Source of the DNA: Fimbriosthenelais zetlandica | Taxonomy: Eukaryota | Reading direction: 5' to 3' | Assembly: GCA_977030845.1 (NCBI GenBank) | Contig: OZ365109.1 | Span: 59,458,001 to 59,522,000, forward strand | DNA: 64,000 bases | In this document: piece by piece, positions 38,901-52,493 of the stretch | How the letters are laid out: the number at the start of each line of letters is the position of its first letter | Position numbering within the stretch: the first letter of the stretch is position 1 | The notes under the pieces: model-generated | The model's input: only the letters and a program-made list of their open reading frames with translations | Databases searched by the model: none | Told to the model about the DNA's origin: nothing | Position numbers and translations under genes: made by a program

Positions 38901-41900
38901 ATTAATGGCGCCTCTCGTCTAGAGTCCATTCTTACCGCGTGGGGGCGCTGGCATTTAGCAGGTGTTGTCCTCTCTCCGCCTTCTTTTAAACGCCAATTAG
39001 GGAGCAGGAATTTCCTCATCAGCAATAGTCGCAAGCTGTAACGAACTCCTAATTCGGCCTCAAAAGACAGGCAGAATAGCGATATTGGAGGAAGAAAGAG
39101 TCGGGGAAATTGAACATTACGCCCAGAAACCTGTCACCATTAGATCGTTTAGGAGCCAGAAACGAGGAAACAAAGGCGACAATAGGGAACTGTCTTAATT
39201 GTCGATTTAGACGAGAACTGGCTGGAGTGCGACCCTAGAGGCTGACAAAAGAGTTATGATGGCGTTTGAAGCTCGTCATTTCTTGGCGATCAACGAGAAA
39301 ATTACTGCGATTGGAAGGAAAGGCAGGAAGCCTGCATGCAGCCCTGACGTGGCACCCTTATAGACCTATATGCAATGACTTCAAGCCCTATAAGAAGGGG
39401 TGGCGAAGGCGCTTTCCAATTCCTTTCGCATATAAAGGAGTAGAGGGTAGTCGAGAATGACTTGGAGTGGAGAGGGGTGGGCGGCTGATTTGAAATAAAT
39501 ATAAATTGCTTCTGGATTTGTCCCACTTGAAGCAATGTAATTCCCATTGCTATGTCAGTTGTGCAGGAAGGGTGAACAATTCACCCACAAACGTTGAAGG
39601 CATTACCACAAATCAGACAGTCCCGGGTTGCTACCATTACTCGTGGCACCGATAAAATGGCGCATAAATCCCAATAACAACCATCCATTCTTGTCAGTTT
39701 TTACAGTCATTTCCCGCAATCACGGCACACAAGGTAGCCATTGGGGAGGATCCAGAGGTCTCTGATCAATTCTAGAAGTCCCCATAAATCTGGTCAATAC
39801 CCCTCTACTTCCACACCCATTTCACATGCAAATGGTTGGCTGGGCTCCACTATTTTCGCGGCTTGTTTGACTCCAAGGGTCTAAATATCACTCCCTTATT
39901 TACCGTTATATAATGATGCAATCCACTGTCTAGTCTTGATGTGCATGCACCATCATACTTTGGGTGGAACGTATTATATTTAGAGTCGAAATTTAGGTCA
40001 TTGCTTTGATCTTGACCTGGGTTCGCTCTTTGTCCGATGTCATTTTTCAACCTCAACAGATGACTTTTATGTACCTTTGCCTCTCAAAAGATATGTAAGT
40101 CAAACATGCAACTTTTTAGAAGGCATAATATAAAATAATATTGTATCTACATGAATGCTCTTATCATGTATGGTGGCGCAATGTCACAGGATAATCTTGA
40201 AATGACCTTTCTATAATTCCTTGACATAATTATAGCACTATACAATAGATGTATATTTTAACATTTCTGATCTGGCTCATTAAGAAGTCGAAGTATATAA
40301 TTATAATAGACACTATATACGAGGCGAATATTCATCATGCTTGAGTTTCCAAGGGAGTTTGCCTCAGAATATTATTGGGCTTCTTTTTACTGTGAAACCA
40401 ACCCAACAACTTCTCGCTACCGACTCCTCCTACCCACCCCCTCCCCCGTGCGACCCACACTTCTATTTCAGCCAATACATGTGGGAAAGGGCCAGCTTCA
40501 GCCGCCATCTTTATCATGATAGATTACAGCCGACCACGACACATTAGCGCCCCCTGTAGTTCATTTCCAGAACCTTTGATTAATATTGTTGTTAGCAGGC
40601 TAATTCGATCGCTATTTGATCCGCACGTGAACGTCGCCGCGCGCGACATTTTCTTGCTTCGATTGGGGCCTCGTGCACACTGCGGGGTTCGCCCACTGTG
40701 AATCACGGGCATGATTGCTGATGGGAAAGGACACCAATTATTATGGGTTGTCATTAGAGCACTAAATCAAATACACGCATTAGGTGGGCGGTGTAGGGCC
40801 GACTCTATGATTTGATGATGAATAATCAACGGACAAGGCAATCAGTCGTCAAAGTGGGACCCTCGGCACGTGACTCCACTTCAGCGAGAGGGCTTCCCCC
40901 TATCAGGGCAATTGTTTTCAAGTACTGAGCAGTCTGCATATTGCGTGCACATATCCCAATACTAGCCAGATCATAAAATTTGAAAAGCAAATATTATAGT
41001 CTTTAGCACTGGTAGGAAAATTTTATATGCAAAGAAAGTGATTAATGCTTATCTAATGTATCGTTGAAAATCAGGAATGAAATTCAGATATAAATTATTT
41101 AAGCTGTGGAATAGGAAGTAGATAATATATTATGTACTCTAAAATATAGAAAATGAGAAGTGGATATGCTGCTTTCTTTCTTGGTTGCTAGCTTGCCATA
41201 TCAATGTTCTCATATTATTCCATTAAACATTGTGTGGAGGTCTGCAATTAACCCCTCGGTCGAACCCAATGAAATCCCTCCTAAATAATGGTTTATCTTC
41301 ATTAGGAAACATCAATCGCCACTTAATTCTAATCGCTTAATATTGCACGAAAAGAAATCACTGAACATTGATTCTCATCAGCAACTTCCATTTCATTTCC
41401 AACAGAAGAAAAATCGTTTTTTCTTTCGCAAATGAGAGGCACTCTTGTATTGCAGTTGGACGAATCTTTTCTTTGCCTGACGCAGATCATCATGTTGGTC
41501 TTGTAAAACGCTGCACTCCAGATGCATTAGATACAGGAATCGCGTGTGTATTTACTGCCCCTTAATGGATCGAGTGGCTACCAGAGGGTGCATTTACATG
41601 AGACAATGTCATTACCGTCCCTACTAGATTATAGTCACATAATGCAATTAAGCCTCTCTACAAATGATACTGAAGTGGTTAATTACATAATCATAGATAT
41701 CAATTGGAGGCTGCTTAAGAATATTTACTCTCGTTTTGTGTGAGTAATACGAATTGGAGCCAAATAATCGGGTGGGTAATACATTGCGATTTAAGTATAG
41801 ATATTAATGTGGAATACGAGGAATGGATATCTCGTTGGCATGGAAGGTTTTATTGCATGCAAACGGGTTTTGATGTTAGCCAATAACAGATGATGGTTTT

Positions 41901-44900
41901 TGTTATAAGGGCACATAATATGAGCGAAATGTTCAGTACTTATATGCGGCATTAAAATGCATTAAACTCAGCATTATGTTTAGGAGTCTGAAGGCCATTT
42001 AAAACATTAACGGTTCAGTCCAGTTCAGCCATTAATGGGGCAAAATGGCGCCCCAATCCTCTCAGAGACCTGATGCGCGTGCAATCGTATTTAATCGTGT
42101 TATAATGAATTGACAGAGGCATTTACGGATATATCATGTGGGAGGTTATGAAATGCGACAAGATGCAGACGTTTAAAAAGTAGCACCTGTTTGGATTCGT
42201 AACAATTAATGGATTTAAATCACAATAGATTACGTAAGGCAATACATTAAACCTAGGCAGGTGGACTTAGTCCAGGCGATGAGATAACTGAGGTGTTGAC
42301 ATAAGACAGCAATTGCCGATGAGTGGGAATCAATCCTAAATATGTTCACCATTGTTGGGAATAGCTCATTATTTCATGCAATTAACTTATCACGTTTTTC
42401 ATAGTTGAAAAATCTTTGTTTTCCATGCAGCTGACAATAAATGTCTATAGATATTATAATATGCACCCATGATTGTACTTTTTAGAGATGTCTTTGTATC
42501 AAAGATTATGGCCGTGTCAGGGTATATTGCATTGTCCAGAGTTCAATATATATGCAGAGGTCACGGACAGTGGTCAGTGTCCAGGGTGTGCTATGACAGC
42601 TGGCCAATCTGTAAACTAAGACCCAGCTCATCAAGGCCAACTAAGGGCCCCTCCTTGGGGCTTCATCCCTAAAAGGACAATGCCCTCCAACCCTGAGCCT
42701 CCCAGTGGTCAGTCTCATTTAGAGTTGCCTCTACTGATGTCCACTAGGTGCGTCCACCCACTGAGTCAAAAACTCTCACTGGTCAGCAAGAAAGAGACCT
42801 ACCACTGTGCAGTTGGTCAAAATGTATTGTTCCCATTGCTAATATTCAGCCGCAGACACTGCGGCCTGTTAAGTATAGGAGTTGTCCCTTAATCTGCTAA
42901 TTCATATGGCAGGGTGTACAATTGAAATCACTAAAATGGTAAGAATGTAATGGAAGTGTCCGCAATTGACTGGGAGTGTTATCTCAACTAGCTAATCACT
43001 GCAGTACATAGGGCTACATCAGACAAAACAACCCCCTATGTTTAGCTCGGTATAGGATCCCCAAAGTTGAATCCTCTCTCTAAACCCTCCCTATTGCTCC
43101 CACAGTATAAAAGTGATCTTTGTTGGTCTCTAAGGCGATTTGTAATGCCTGTGTGGGTTGGGGCGGCCTCCCCTAGACCGCATACCACTATGTCTGGAGG
43201 TGCTTGATCGGGGCGACACCCAGTGACATGACCTTGAATTAACAATATGACATGAGTGACGTGGGGTCAGGAAGGTGACCTCCCGGGCCTCCCCTCTCTC
43301 GCAAACAGGGCTGGGAATCGGGCGAGCAATGCCAACAGCCAACAATAAGTGTTGAGCTTTGCCTACCCTGACCGTGGACAGTCAGAAAAAAGAGGCTGAA
43401 TTACACTAAGTACACCATTACGGCCGATAACGAGCGAAATTTGATCAACAGTAGAATGGCTGGGAATGGAGGCGATGTCAAATCAAACCACTCCGTCATG
43501 TGTGGCCGTTGGCTGCAGTGGCTGCTCACAAAAGTCACTCCCCACAAATTTACAAACTGACAAACCCATAATGGAATAAAAGATTCCACCGCAATGCAGT
43601 AAATTATATGTTATTTGCGAATATTTGCCTTGCCTTCTATTGAGATTTCAACAATGCGTGCGACGATTCTTTTGACATATATGTTCTCATGAATGCCCCT
43701 CGAGGGAAGTCAATTGATTAAATTTACATTTTTGACTACAAATCCTCTTTTCTTGAATGCAATTTTATGTGTACCTCTGATAGGATTGAGTTGATTTTGA
43801 ACAATATCTGGGACAATATTCGAAGCAAATGACAAGTCCTTTTAGTAGTTTATCTATACCCCAGACATCCCTAGGCCTTGGCAAATTGTAATTGCAAGCT
43901 TTATAATTCGGAATTTTATTACAAAATGGCTTGATGTTTTTGAGTTATGCACTGATAAATGAATTATGTCTATAGGAATTATGTTAGGAGACCATAAAAT
44001 GACTGCATTGTATTTGTAGTCCGGGCTACATATTGATCTTGTTCCTCCATGAAAGACTAAATGAATTTGGACTCGGCTAATCAAAAGGAGAGGGCAAGGC
44101 TGCAATGGGTGTAGATTCCCATCGTTACAACAGACATTAGTTTTTGGTGGGGGCAGCTTTAGGTTACACGGGGAACAGACCCGTCCAATTACCGTCTGCC
44201 AACACTCATTTTCCCGCCCTCAAACTTGAGGAGCGCCATCTAGCAAGAAGCGGACGCCATGTTAACAAGCAGCGAAGGCTGCGGACCCAGTGAAATGCAT
44301 TAAGCAAATTTCATTTTGATAAAACACACGAGTCCACTAACTGCATCTGGCCGAGCGCAAACCTACCATAATTTGATGACCTAAAGCCGAAATTGTTTTA
44401 TTAATTTGTTTCATTAAGAATTATAAGGGCGAGTGCCTTTCTTGTTAGATACCATTGGGCGCTGCCTTTTGGAGGCCTAACGAAGTTAACTCAAGTGAAT
44501 ATAGTAAACTATGTGTCATTAATCATGCGCCTTCTTCTGAACAAAGCTTTAGTTAATGTGCTAATTACGACTAAGAGCAGGCTCGGCCGCCCAGTCGCTG
44601 CCTCTTCACGATTTAATAGACAAACTCTGGCAGTCGGTCGGCGGTGAGCGTTCACTCGTGAAACTCTATTACTTGTCGATTTCACAGTTCAAAGCGGAGA
44701 CAAATTCGCTGCCGACAACATGGAGCGAATCGCTGGGGTGGAAGGTTTACATTAGATCAGCATACAAGGAACACCAGGTTGCGGGGTAATTCATGGCTGA
44801 TCCACATGTATTCAAATCTTATAGGTCAAAAATTGTACATGTACTTTGCGTTTGAATTTTCCCTCAATATAGGCCTACTATATAGGAACTTATCTACTAT

Positions 44901-46284
44901 AATCCCAATTTTCATTTCTTATGAATTTACAGAACTTTATACCCCATGATAGATGTGATTATTATCATTCTTTATTTCACTTTTTTTCGACAAACGATTT
45001 ATGAAATGTGAAATAGAAATCTGACCTCAGGTTAGGTCTACACAGGTACATATACGTGTTGACTATTCATGACTAAACGTCCATTCATTTGAAGTCCACC
45101 ATTCCTGCTAATAAACAGTCCTTTCAATCCTAATTATATCATTGAGACAAGAGACGTGTTTGACACTCAGTCCACTTCTTATCGGCGCATAGTAAATAAG
45201 CAGAAGGGCATAATGTAATTAAGTGTATATTGATTGTCAGTACACTTGGCCCTGGGCGGATGGGGGAGAGGCAGCTAATCTTCTCATATCGACCTCTGCA
45301 GCACGGTGCGTGCCGAATGTGAGGAGCCCTTTTTTCCCCTTCCCTTTCCATGTCCCTCCAGTGCTGAGAGACACACCAATGCCTTGCTTCCACCCCTACC
45401 ATAACAACACCATTCACCCCCCCCCCCTCCCCACCCTCCTTCACCCACCCACCCCCATGCACCATCAAGCACCTCCTTCATCCCCATCAGTCGGAATTCA
45501 ATTCTCCCAATGTCAAAGTTTTCATCTTTCTTAGAATTCCAATTATCTTATCAGGCTCGGGTTGCGCCCGTCCTGAATATGGTCTAATTAATAGGCGAGT
45601 GTGTTTGGAGGGAGGCTAGCCCTCAGGGGGGCTTTCTCTGATGTGGTGTCAATACTAAGCATGGCTCGGGCTCCCTCACTGCCACCTTTGCTTGGCTGCC
45701 AATCCTTGCCATGCCACAGTGCGCCTCCATCTGAAGGATTCTCATGGCCGTTTTCTGACGGAACGCAGTGTGACACACAACTTAGACATCAAACAGGAAG
45801 CAGGAAGAGGGAGAGAAGGATGCGAGGCCGTGGGTAGACCCTATACACCCCAACCCTAACCTGTCCTACTGGCATGCCCCTTGGTAATGTCCTCAAACAG
45901 GGGTCCCTTTCCCTACACTACTTCCAGACATGCATTGGTATAAGAGGGGCGCGACAAACAGCCTGGAAATTAAATTAACGTTCGTGTTTAAGGCACACCA
46001 CAGACATGAAAAGAATTTGATAATTAATGGCATCTTTCAGTGGTCATGGGTTAGAGTTCTTTACATGAGTTAAAATAATAAATCGTGGTAATTGAGATGA
46101 ATCATCAAAGGGATTTAATTACCCGATAAACCTTTGATTTAATATCAGCAACATCCAAGGTTGCTGTATAGTGAGTGTGGGAACTCTAATTTGGGCTGAT
46201 ACCAACTACCATGTGGATTACTTAGTTTATCCCAGTTATATTTTGATTTCTAAACTCTTATTTTCTGAGGTTGTTGAATCAATA

Positions 46285-46303
46285 TTTGTTTGTTTGTTTG
46301 TTT
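46285..46303. repeat. (TTTG)n microsatellite
   Basis: 4.75 perfect units. Confidence 0.8.
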
Positions 46304-49300
46304 AAGGAACTTGATGTTAAAAGTTAAGCACTCAATTGAAATCCACTGATGTTGTATGTCAATATGTTGGTAGCCTAATGTGATTAGGTTGAGTCCATGG
46401 GCCAACACACATCGTGATCAATGGAAAGCATTTTGTCGTGGAAATTAGAATTATTCATGGACAATCGGCTTTGCCCTTACATTGAAGTAAACCCACCCAA
46501 AACTGCATACCTCACTGCCCTACAGCTTATACCTCAGCTGTTGCGAAAACATTTTTCCTGTCCTCAGCCGAGCCAGGGGTATATGGCTATTCAAGATATG
46601 TTAATAAAATATTCAGTGTGTAACCGCTATATTACTCACGCTCACTTGGCAGGCTGAACGGGGGCTCGAGGCAATGAATCGAGCTTTTCAAATTGGGCGC
46701 AAAAACACAAGGCCTTGTTGATGTGTGTTGTAGACATTGGCTCAGTGGGGAGGGTACTCGACCCAAGATGGACTCTCTGTTCACTCGGGACGCCCCCCCA
46801 CTGATCTCCAAAGCAACAAGGACCCGTCCCTCTCCTCTTGATTAAATTGGAAGTTTTTTTAATTCCTCAAGGAGCGAGTAGAAGTGATTACATGCAATAT
46901 GAACACGTTTGAATGGTGTCCACTTGAGCTGAAATCGGTGGGGCCTTGGTGGGGTGAAGGGGGCCATTCTGACATTCTCTTTCCTTCTAGATGCAATTAT
47001 CAAGGGCACGGTGGGTGTCCAAGCAGTTCTGACATTTATATAGGTGACTGTATAGCCTCCAAAGGTCTACAACCACAGAGGTAGGGTGAATTAAGGGTGC
47101 ATAGTGGGGTAGTTGGGGTGGCTAACATTCTGCACCTTGCATGAGGAGCCTGACCATCGTATACATACAGGGCGCTATTCACAACACCTGAGGTGAATTG
47201 CCATGGACAGGAAAAGGTTTACAAACCAAACGATTAGCGCCACAATCAGGTGCAATGGCCCCCCTCTCGTGCATGGGAGAAATTCACCCAGCACCAACAT
47301 TGTGTGGATAATTCATTATACCCACAACATCATGTGAAGGTACTATAATTAAATTCCCCAGGTTTGAATAGCAAGTATATATGTGTCCCCTTAATTCTAG
47401 ATAACTCAGACCTTGCTTGTATGTTAATAGGCCTGCCAATATGCCACACCACCATCCTGATTTAAACCAGCACAATCTTCCACGCTGGAGATCACAGTGG
47501 GATTCTAGTTAGCACTGTTTGCTGTGAAATACCTTATTTAATTTTGTCAGGTTTTCATACAATCTGCAGGGGTTAGCAATACATTATCGGTGATCGGTGG
47601 TAAGTTGCAGCTGCTGGCCCGGGTAGAGCCCCTGTAACCGCTCAGCAATTAGCAGCGTGGGAGGCCTGCACTGTTTGCGTGGCAAGTGGCAGAAATGACA
47701 GTCATCAATTGGTTAAATAGAAAATGTAGAGCTGTAATTTCCGCCCGTCGTTTTAACTTGGACCACGCCTATTCCCACTAATATTATGCTATACATATCG
47801 AAGTAAAGTGGCTGGAGTCAGCGCAGTACTAAATTACTTTTACTTCAACAAATTTTATCATTTGTGTTCTGCCGTATTGCACATCTGCGGCATTCTGTTC
47901 TTTCTGCACATGCATGTACATTAATGTTACATACCTACAATGTACTGGCACAAAGTTATAATCAAATAGAAATCGTATTAATACAATTTTATGAATGTGA
48001 AAATAATGCATTCTTACTGAAAACACTGCTCTGCCCGTGCATTGAAATATAAGAATTTGAACATGCAAATTATGCTGTGTACCTTGATGTATTGCAGGCT
48101 TAAAATCGTTTTCAAATTACCCATCGTTAGTTTTTCCACCCTGCTTTATTTTTCAATGGAGAGTGAAAGGTAGGAATTAGTGTACTGGCGTAATGTGTGT
48201 CTCAGTGTATATGATTTTCCTTGTCACACTCGTGATACATGATGACGACCCGAGAAATCTTTATCAGATCTGACACGAAACCCAGCAAGGCACACGTGGT
48301 ATGTTCCCAATTTTCGTCTGACATTTCGTCGGTTAGATACTATGGGACAGAGGCAACATTGTTCAATCTACTTAAATGGAGGGCGTTTAAGGCGTACAAA
48401 ATGGTGGTACATTGAAGCACGTCAAGTCTTCATTTACTGCCTGTACTAGGAGATCTATTTTCACTGTGCCATGTGGGGGAAGCATTCCATGTCTCTATTG
48501 ATGACCTAATAGGTTTATATGGAACTCTGGTTCCCACAGGCAGAGTGATGTTATAGGTTTTGACAGATTCTCTGTTCCCTCCACCTGCCTCTTGATTACC
48601 TAGCCTGTCACTGCAAATGCCTCAGAGAGGAAAATATTGATTTGCCAACACAAAACACGCCATTAGCTCTTAATACGCGATGAAATAATTGACATATACA
48701 TTCTATTGTTTCAAATTAAATTATTTACAGATGTGACGAGTGGAAGGAGTCGATAATGTGTTGCTACAAGGGAATGGCTGTATATGGGGGCTCCATATAG
48801 CGCCCCCACCCCCTAACTCACTCCCTACCTCTCCCTCCATCTCTCGCCTGTGAATATGGCCTTCTTGTGCACTGCCGCCTTGCCAGCAAGGCTGTCCATT
48901 ACGGCGTGCCTGATGCCAAATGACACGGCAAATCAACCAGTCTGTCTCGGATTCACTGACATGGGAAAATACTCAATGCGGCACAAATTACAAGGCGTGC
49001 GCACAATATGTAAAGTTTAATTGAGGCAAATCAGTCGTGAACCCGGCAGATTGGCACGTTAGATAAGCCTTCTTTACAACATCTTTATAGCCCTGGTGAA
49101 CAAGAAACCATCCTGATTCCTATAGAACAATGAACATTCAGGAAGCCTCTTCCCCCCTTCTCCCCTCTCTACTCGCCTGCTTTTCTTTTCATGGCCAGAT
49201 TGCCTGATGCACTTAAGATTGTATGGATTTTTTTCGGGCTCGTTTTCAACCTGCCATAGTCCATAGCGCAGAATGTGAATTTCGTGGGAAGTCTCTCCCT

Positions 49301-51732
49301 CTGTTCCCCCCTCCCTCATCGCCATCGATGCTGGCGCTTGGATCATGCAAACCTACCCGAGAACCGTCAACTTGGGAGCATGCAGTTCCCTATATCATTC
49401 TTCACTAGCATTCTTCTATTTTTCAACACGCAAAATTCCTGTTGGACATTGGATGAATGATTCCTTGCTCAATCACAAACGCATAATCGTCGGGGGCTCC
49501 ATCTATGAGAAATTCTTATATTCTGTGCTTTGATGGACGATAACTTCTCAAAACAATTATTCTAGTTTATAGTATTGTATACTGAATTTATGATTATTGT
49601 AACAATAAGTGCTTCATCTAGGATTTTATACAGTATGGTCTATCTACTTTGTCAGGTCTCCTTGACAAAGCAACTTACTGTGATCATTGGGGTAATATCA
49701 TTGCTGATAACCCATGTAGATCGTTTCTATATTGCCTTCCTTGATTGCTTCTCCCGCTTCAAATCGGACGCGTCGCGCAGTCGGCGAGCCCAGCAGCAAA
49801 CGTAATAAAGCGACGATGGGTTTCTGCCAGCCATGTCAAGCGGAAAATATAAAGACAATTACGATCGGCGAGGAAACTCCGGAAATGTAGCATCACAGTC
49901 GGGCATTTCCAATTTTCGATCGGTTCCCCCAGCCGTGCTACAATTGGCCGCCGAAAAATGCAGACAATGCGGGGCTGGAGGGGAGGAGAGAGCCCCGGCG
50001 GCGAGGCCCTACCCCAGCGCCCGGCCCCAAGACTCAAGCCCTGTAATTTGCGACCAGGATTTCCGTGGGCGCCCAGTTGAGCGAAAAATGGCTCCTAAAC
50101 CTGAATCGCAGAGACAGAATTGACTCAGCGTGTCCGACAATCTGAAAGCCAGTTCTAATGGCTATATCCAATGTGCGCGGCAGGGTCGGACAATTGAATT
50201 ACTATCTCCCGATCTGTGTTATTTCAACGCCGACTTAATATCTACACCCCCATTTGTGGGGTGTTTGTATATAACTTAGATATACAAGGGCCTTTTCATG
50301 CACCAACCTGCACTGGGGCTTTATATGGGATCTGATCAATTCCTGATCCATCTCCGATTGAACTCTTAATTCCAAACTGAGAGACAAAGCCAATTTAAGA
50401 TGCTCGCATTTACTTGGCACATGGTTAGTTACCCCCATTCGGAAGGCACCACTTTGAACTTGGAGACTTTATTTACATTCAATAACATTAGTGGGAGATA
50501 TTAGAGTGGGAGCTTCGGTAGCTAGCAGATGTCAGGCGGTAATCTAATTTGGGAGAGCGACACTAGAAGGACCAGCATCATGGGGTTTGCTAGGGCAGTG
50601 ATCAGAGAGGCCCAGCCAGTTTTGATCTCTACACTGAAGCCACTAGGCCGCTATCAGTAATAGGATCATGGGTGTGTTTCCTCGCTTCAACAAGCCTCCA
50701 ACCAAGCATCAATGTAGATAATGGACACGTTTCAATGCCAACAATACACCCCGACAAGAGAAGGGGAATCCGGCACTACCATAAAACACTAATCACTACA
50801 GCGACCACAAACAAGATTCAAATCTGATATCCACGCTCGTTAATAACACATCCAATATATTATAATCCCTTTTTGCAAGCATCAATGCTCTTTTTTAAGA
50901 AGAGAAACGCAATTTAATTGGCAGTGAATCTCACAGAGACGCTTTTTACTGCCCATGTCCTTCCCTTTCAAAAAACAATCCCTTGATTGTTTGTAGCCTA
51001 TAGTAACGTTACATCGCGCCTTTGTCATTCTCATCTGTGTGAGAAGGCCTGTTGAAGATTGAGCAGAGAGAAAATGGTAATAGAATTATTGTTGTGGCAA
51101 CAATAGAAGGGAACATGTCCACGGCTCATCTGCTTATCAGGCTGTGTGAGTAAAATACCCCAGTTCTGCCAATTCCTATCAGTTTCCCTGAGATGCTTAA
51201 GCCCATTGCGTGCTTGTCGTTAGGGCGGCGCTGTCCCCACCTGAGGAGTTCTCACAATTAAGCAGGTGATGCTTTTCAGCCCCTCCCATGCTGACTATTG
51301 TCTAAAGCGCCTGTCCCTCGCATGTTATACCTGTCTATATCCAAGCCACACACCACTTGTGCATTTTGCTTGCCGACCACTGCCTCCAAGTCTCTTTATT
51401 GATCATCAGCGGGGCTAATTATTCGTGTCAGACAAAAGTGTCCGCGTGTGAAAGTGTGAAGTTTTACAAAGGACACATAACAGCCTTGGATAAACCCGGC
51501 GTCGGGGGTGATTCCCACATTGCCGGATCAATTACAACAGATTCATTTCCCGGTGAGGATGACAATATCAGTTATATACACACGGTGATGGGAGATGGAC
51601 GAACCTATCGCGTGTGGGCTGGTGTTTTAGATCCAGGAGCTCAATCTATATAACTCAGACTTGGAAATATAACCCATTCATGGCCACTATTATACCGATA
51701 ACAACAATATATGGATGGATGCATAATATCAC

Positions 51733-51777
51733 AATGAATAATAAAGGCAATAAAATGAATAATAAAGGCAATAAAAT
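51733..51777. repeat. Perfect 21 bp tandem duplication
   Basis: aatgaataataaaggcaataa x2 plus partial unit. Confidence 0.9.
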
Positions 51778-52197
51778 CTTTGCTCGCCATTTACCTTTAA
51801 AACATACGACGAAATTAGATGTTCATTGCATGGATATTATATTTTATCAAAAAGTGACGCGTCACGCATTCTATGTGCTAGAAATCCATGTACATATATA
51901 TGCCTAAACTTAGATCTCAAATACTTATGTGGTACATGTATTATACAAATTAATATGACAATTATACTCAAGATATCTTGTTTAAAATAATGGCAATAAG
52001 TAGTACGTAAAATGCACTTCGTCAAATACACTATGTTTAGCTAATGCAGAATCTATTAGAATCGCAATGTGCACTGCTTCCCCAAATTGCCTTTGGCTTT
52101 ACCATCACCATAAATATTATTTAGCACAAGTGTTGACTTCCAGCCTATAACCTTAGTGTAATGTATAGACATTATATTAAATATTAAATGATCTTAC

Positions 52198-52493
52198 CTG
52201 CACTCTTACTTCTGGTAGATTAATTTTCAAAGCCAGTTCTTCGCGGGAGTAGACATCGGGGTAGTGAGACTTCTCAAATGCCCGCTCCAGCTCATGTAGT
52301 TGGTAGGTAGTGAAGGTGGTCCTGTTCCTCCTATGTTTTTTCTTGGGTGACTCTCCGTCCTCCAGGTCACCTCCTGGTGATCCTGACTTGTGACTGGCTC
52401 CGCTGTCACTGTCTGCTCCTGTCACGTTTTCTTTGCTGTCACCGTTTGTTGAGCTGCAGTCATCGTCTGTTCTGTATTGCAGTCGGGGCTCCA
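52198..52493 (-). CDS. rx: Retinal homeobox Rx/Rax, coding exon 2 (homeodomain residues 1-46)
   Basis: Acceptor ttccctgtttgacAG at 52495-52494, donor GTAAGA from 52197. Encodes [49 protein letters not shown], the diagnostic Rx homeodomain. 296 bp = 2+98x3. Confidence 0.95.

Noticed and set aside
8256-52197. Truncated isoforms from read-through into intron 2 (hbn VQVNRQ..., rx VQVRSFNI*)
   Set aside because: Both donors are strong consensus GTAAAT/GTAAGA; the ORF extensions are artefacts of unspliced translation.
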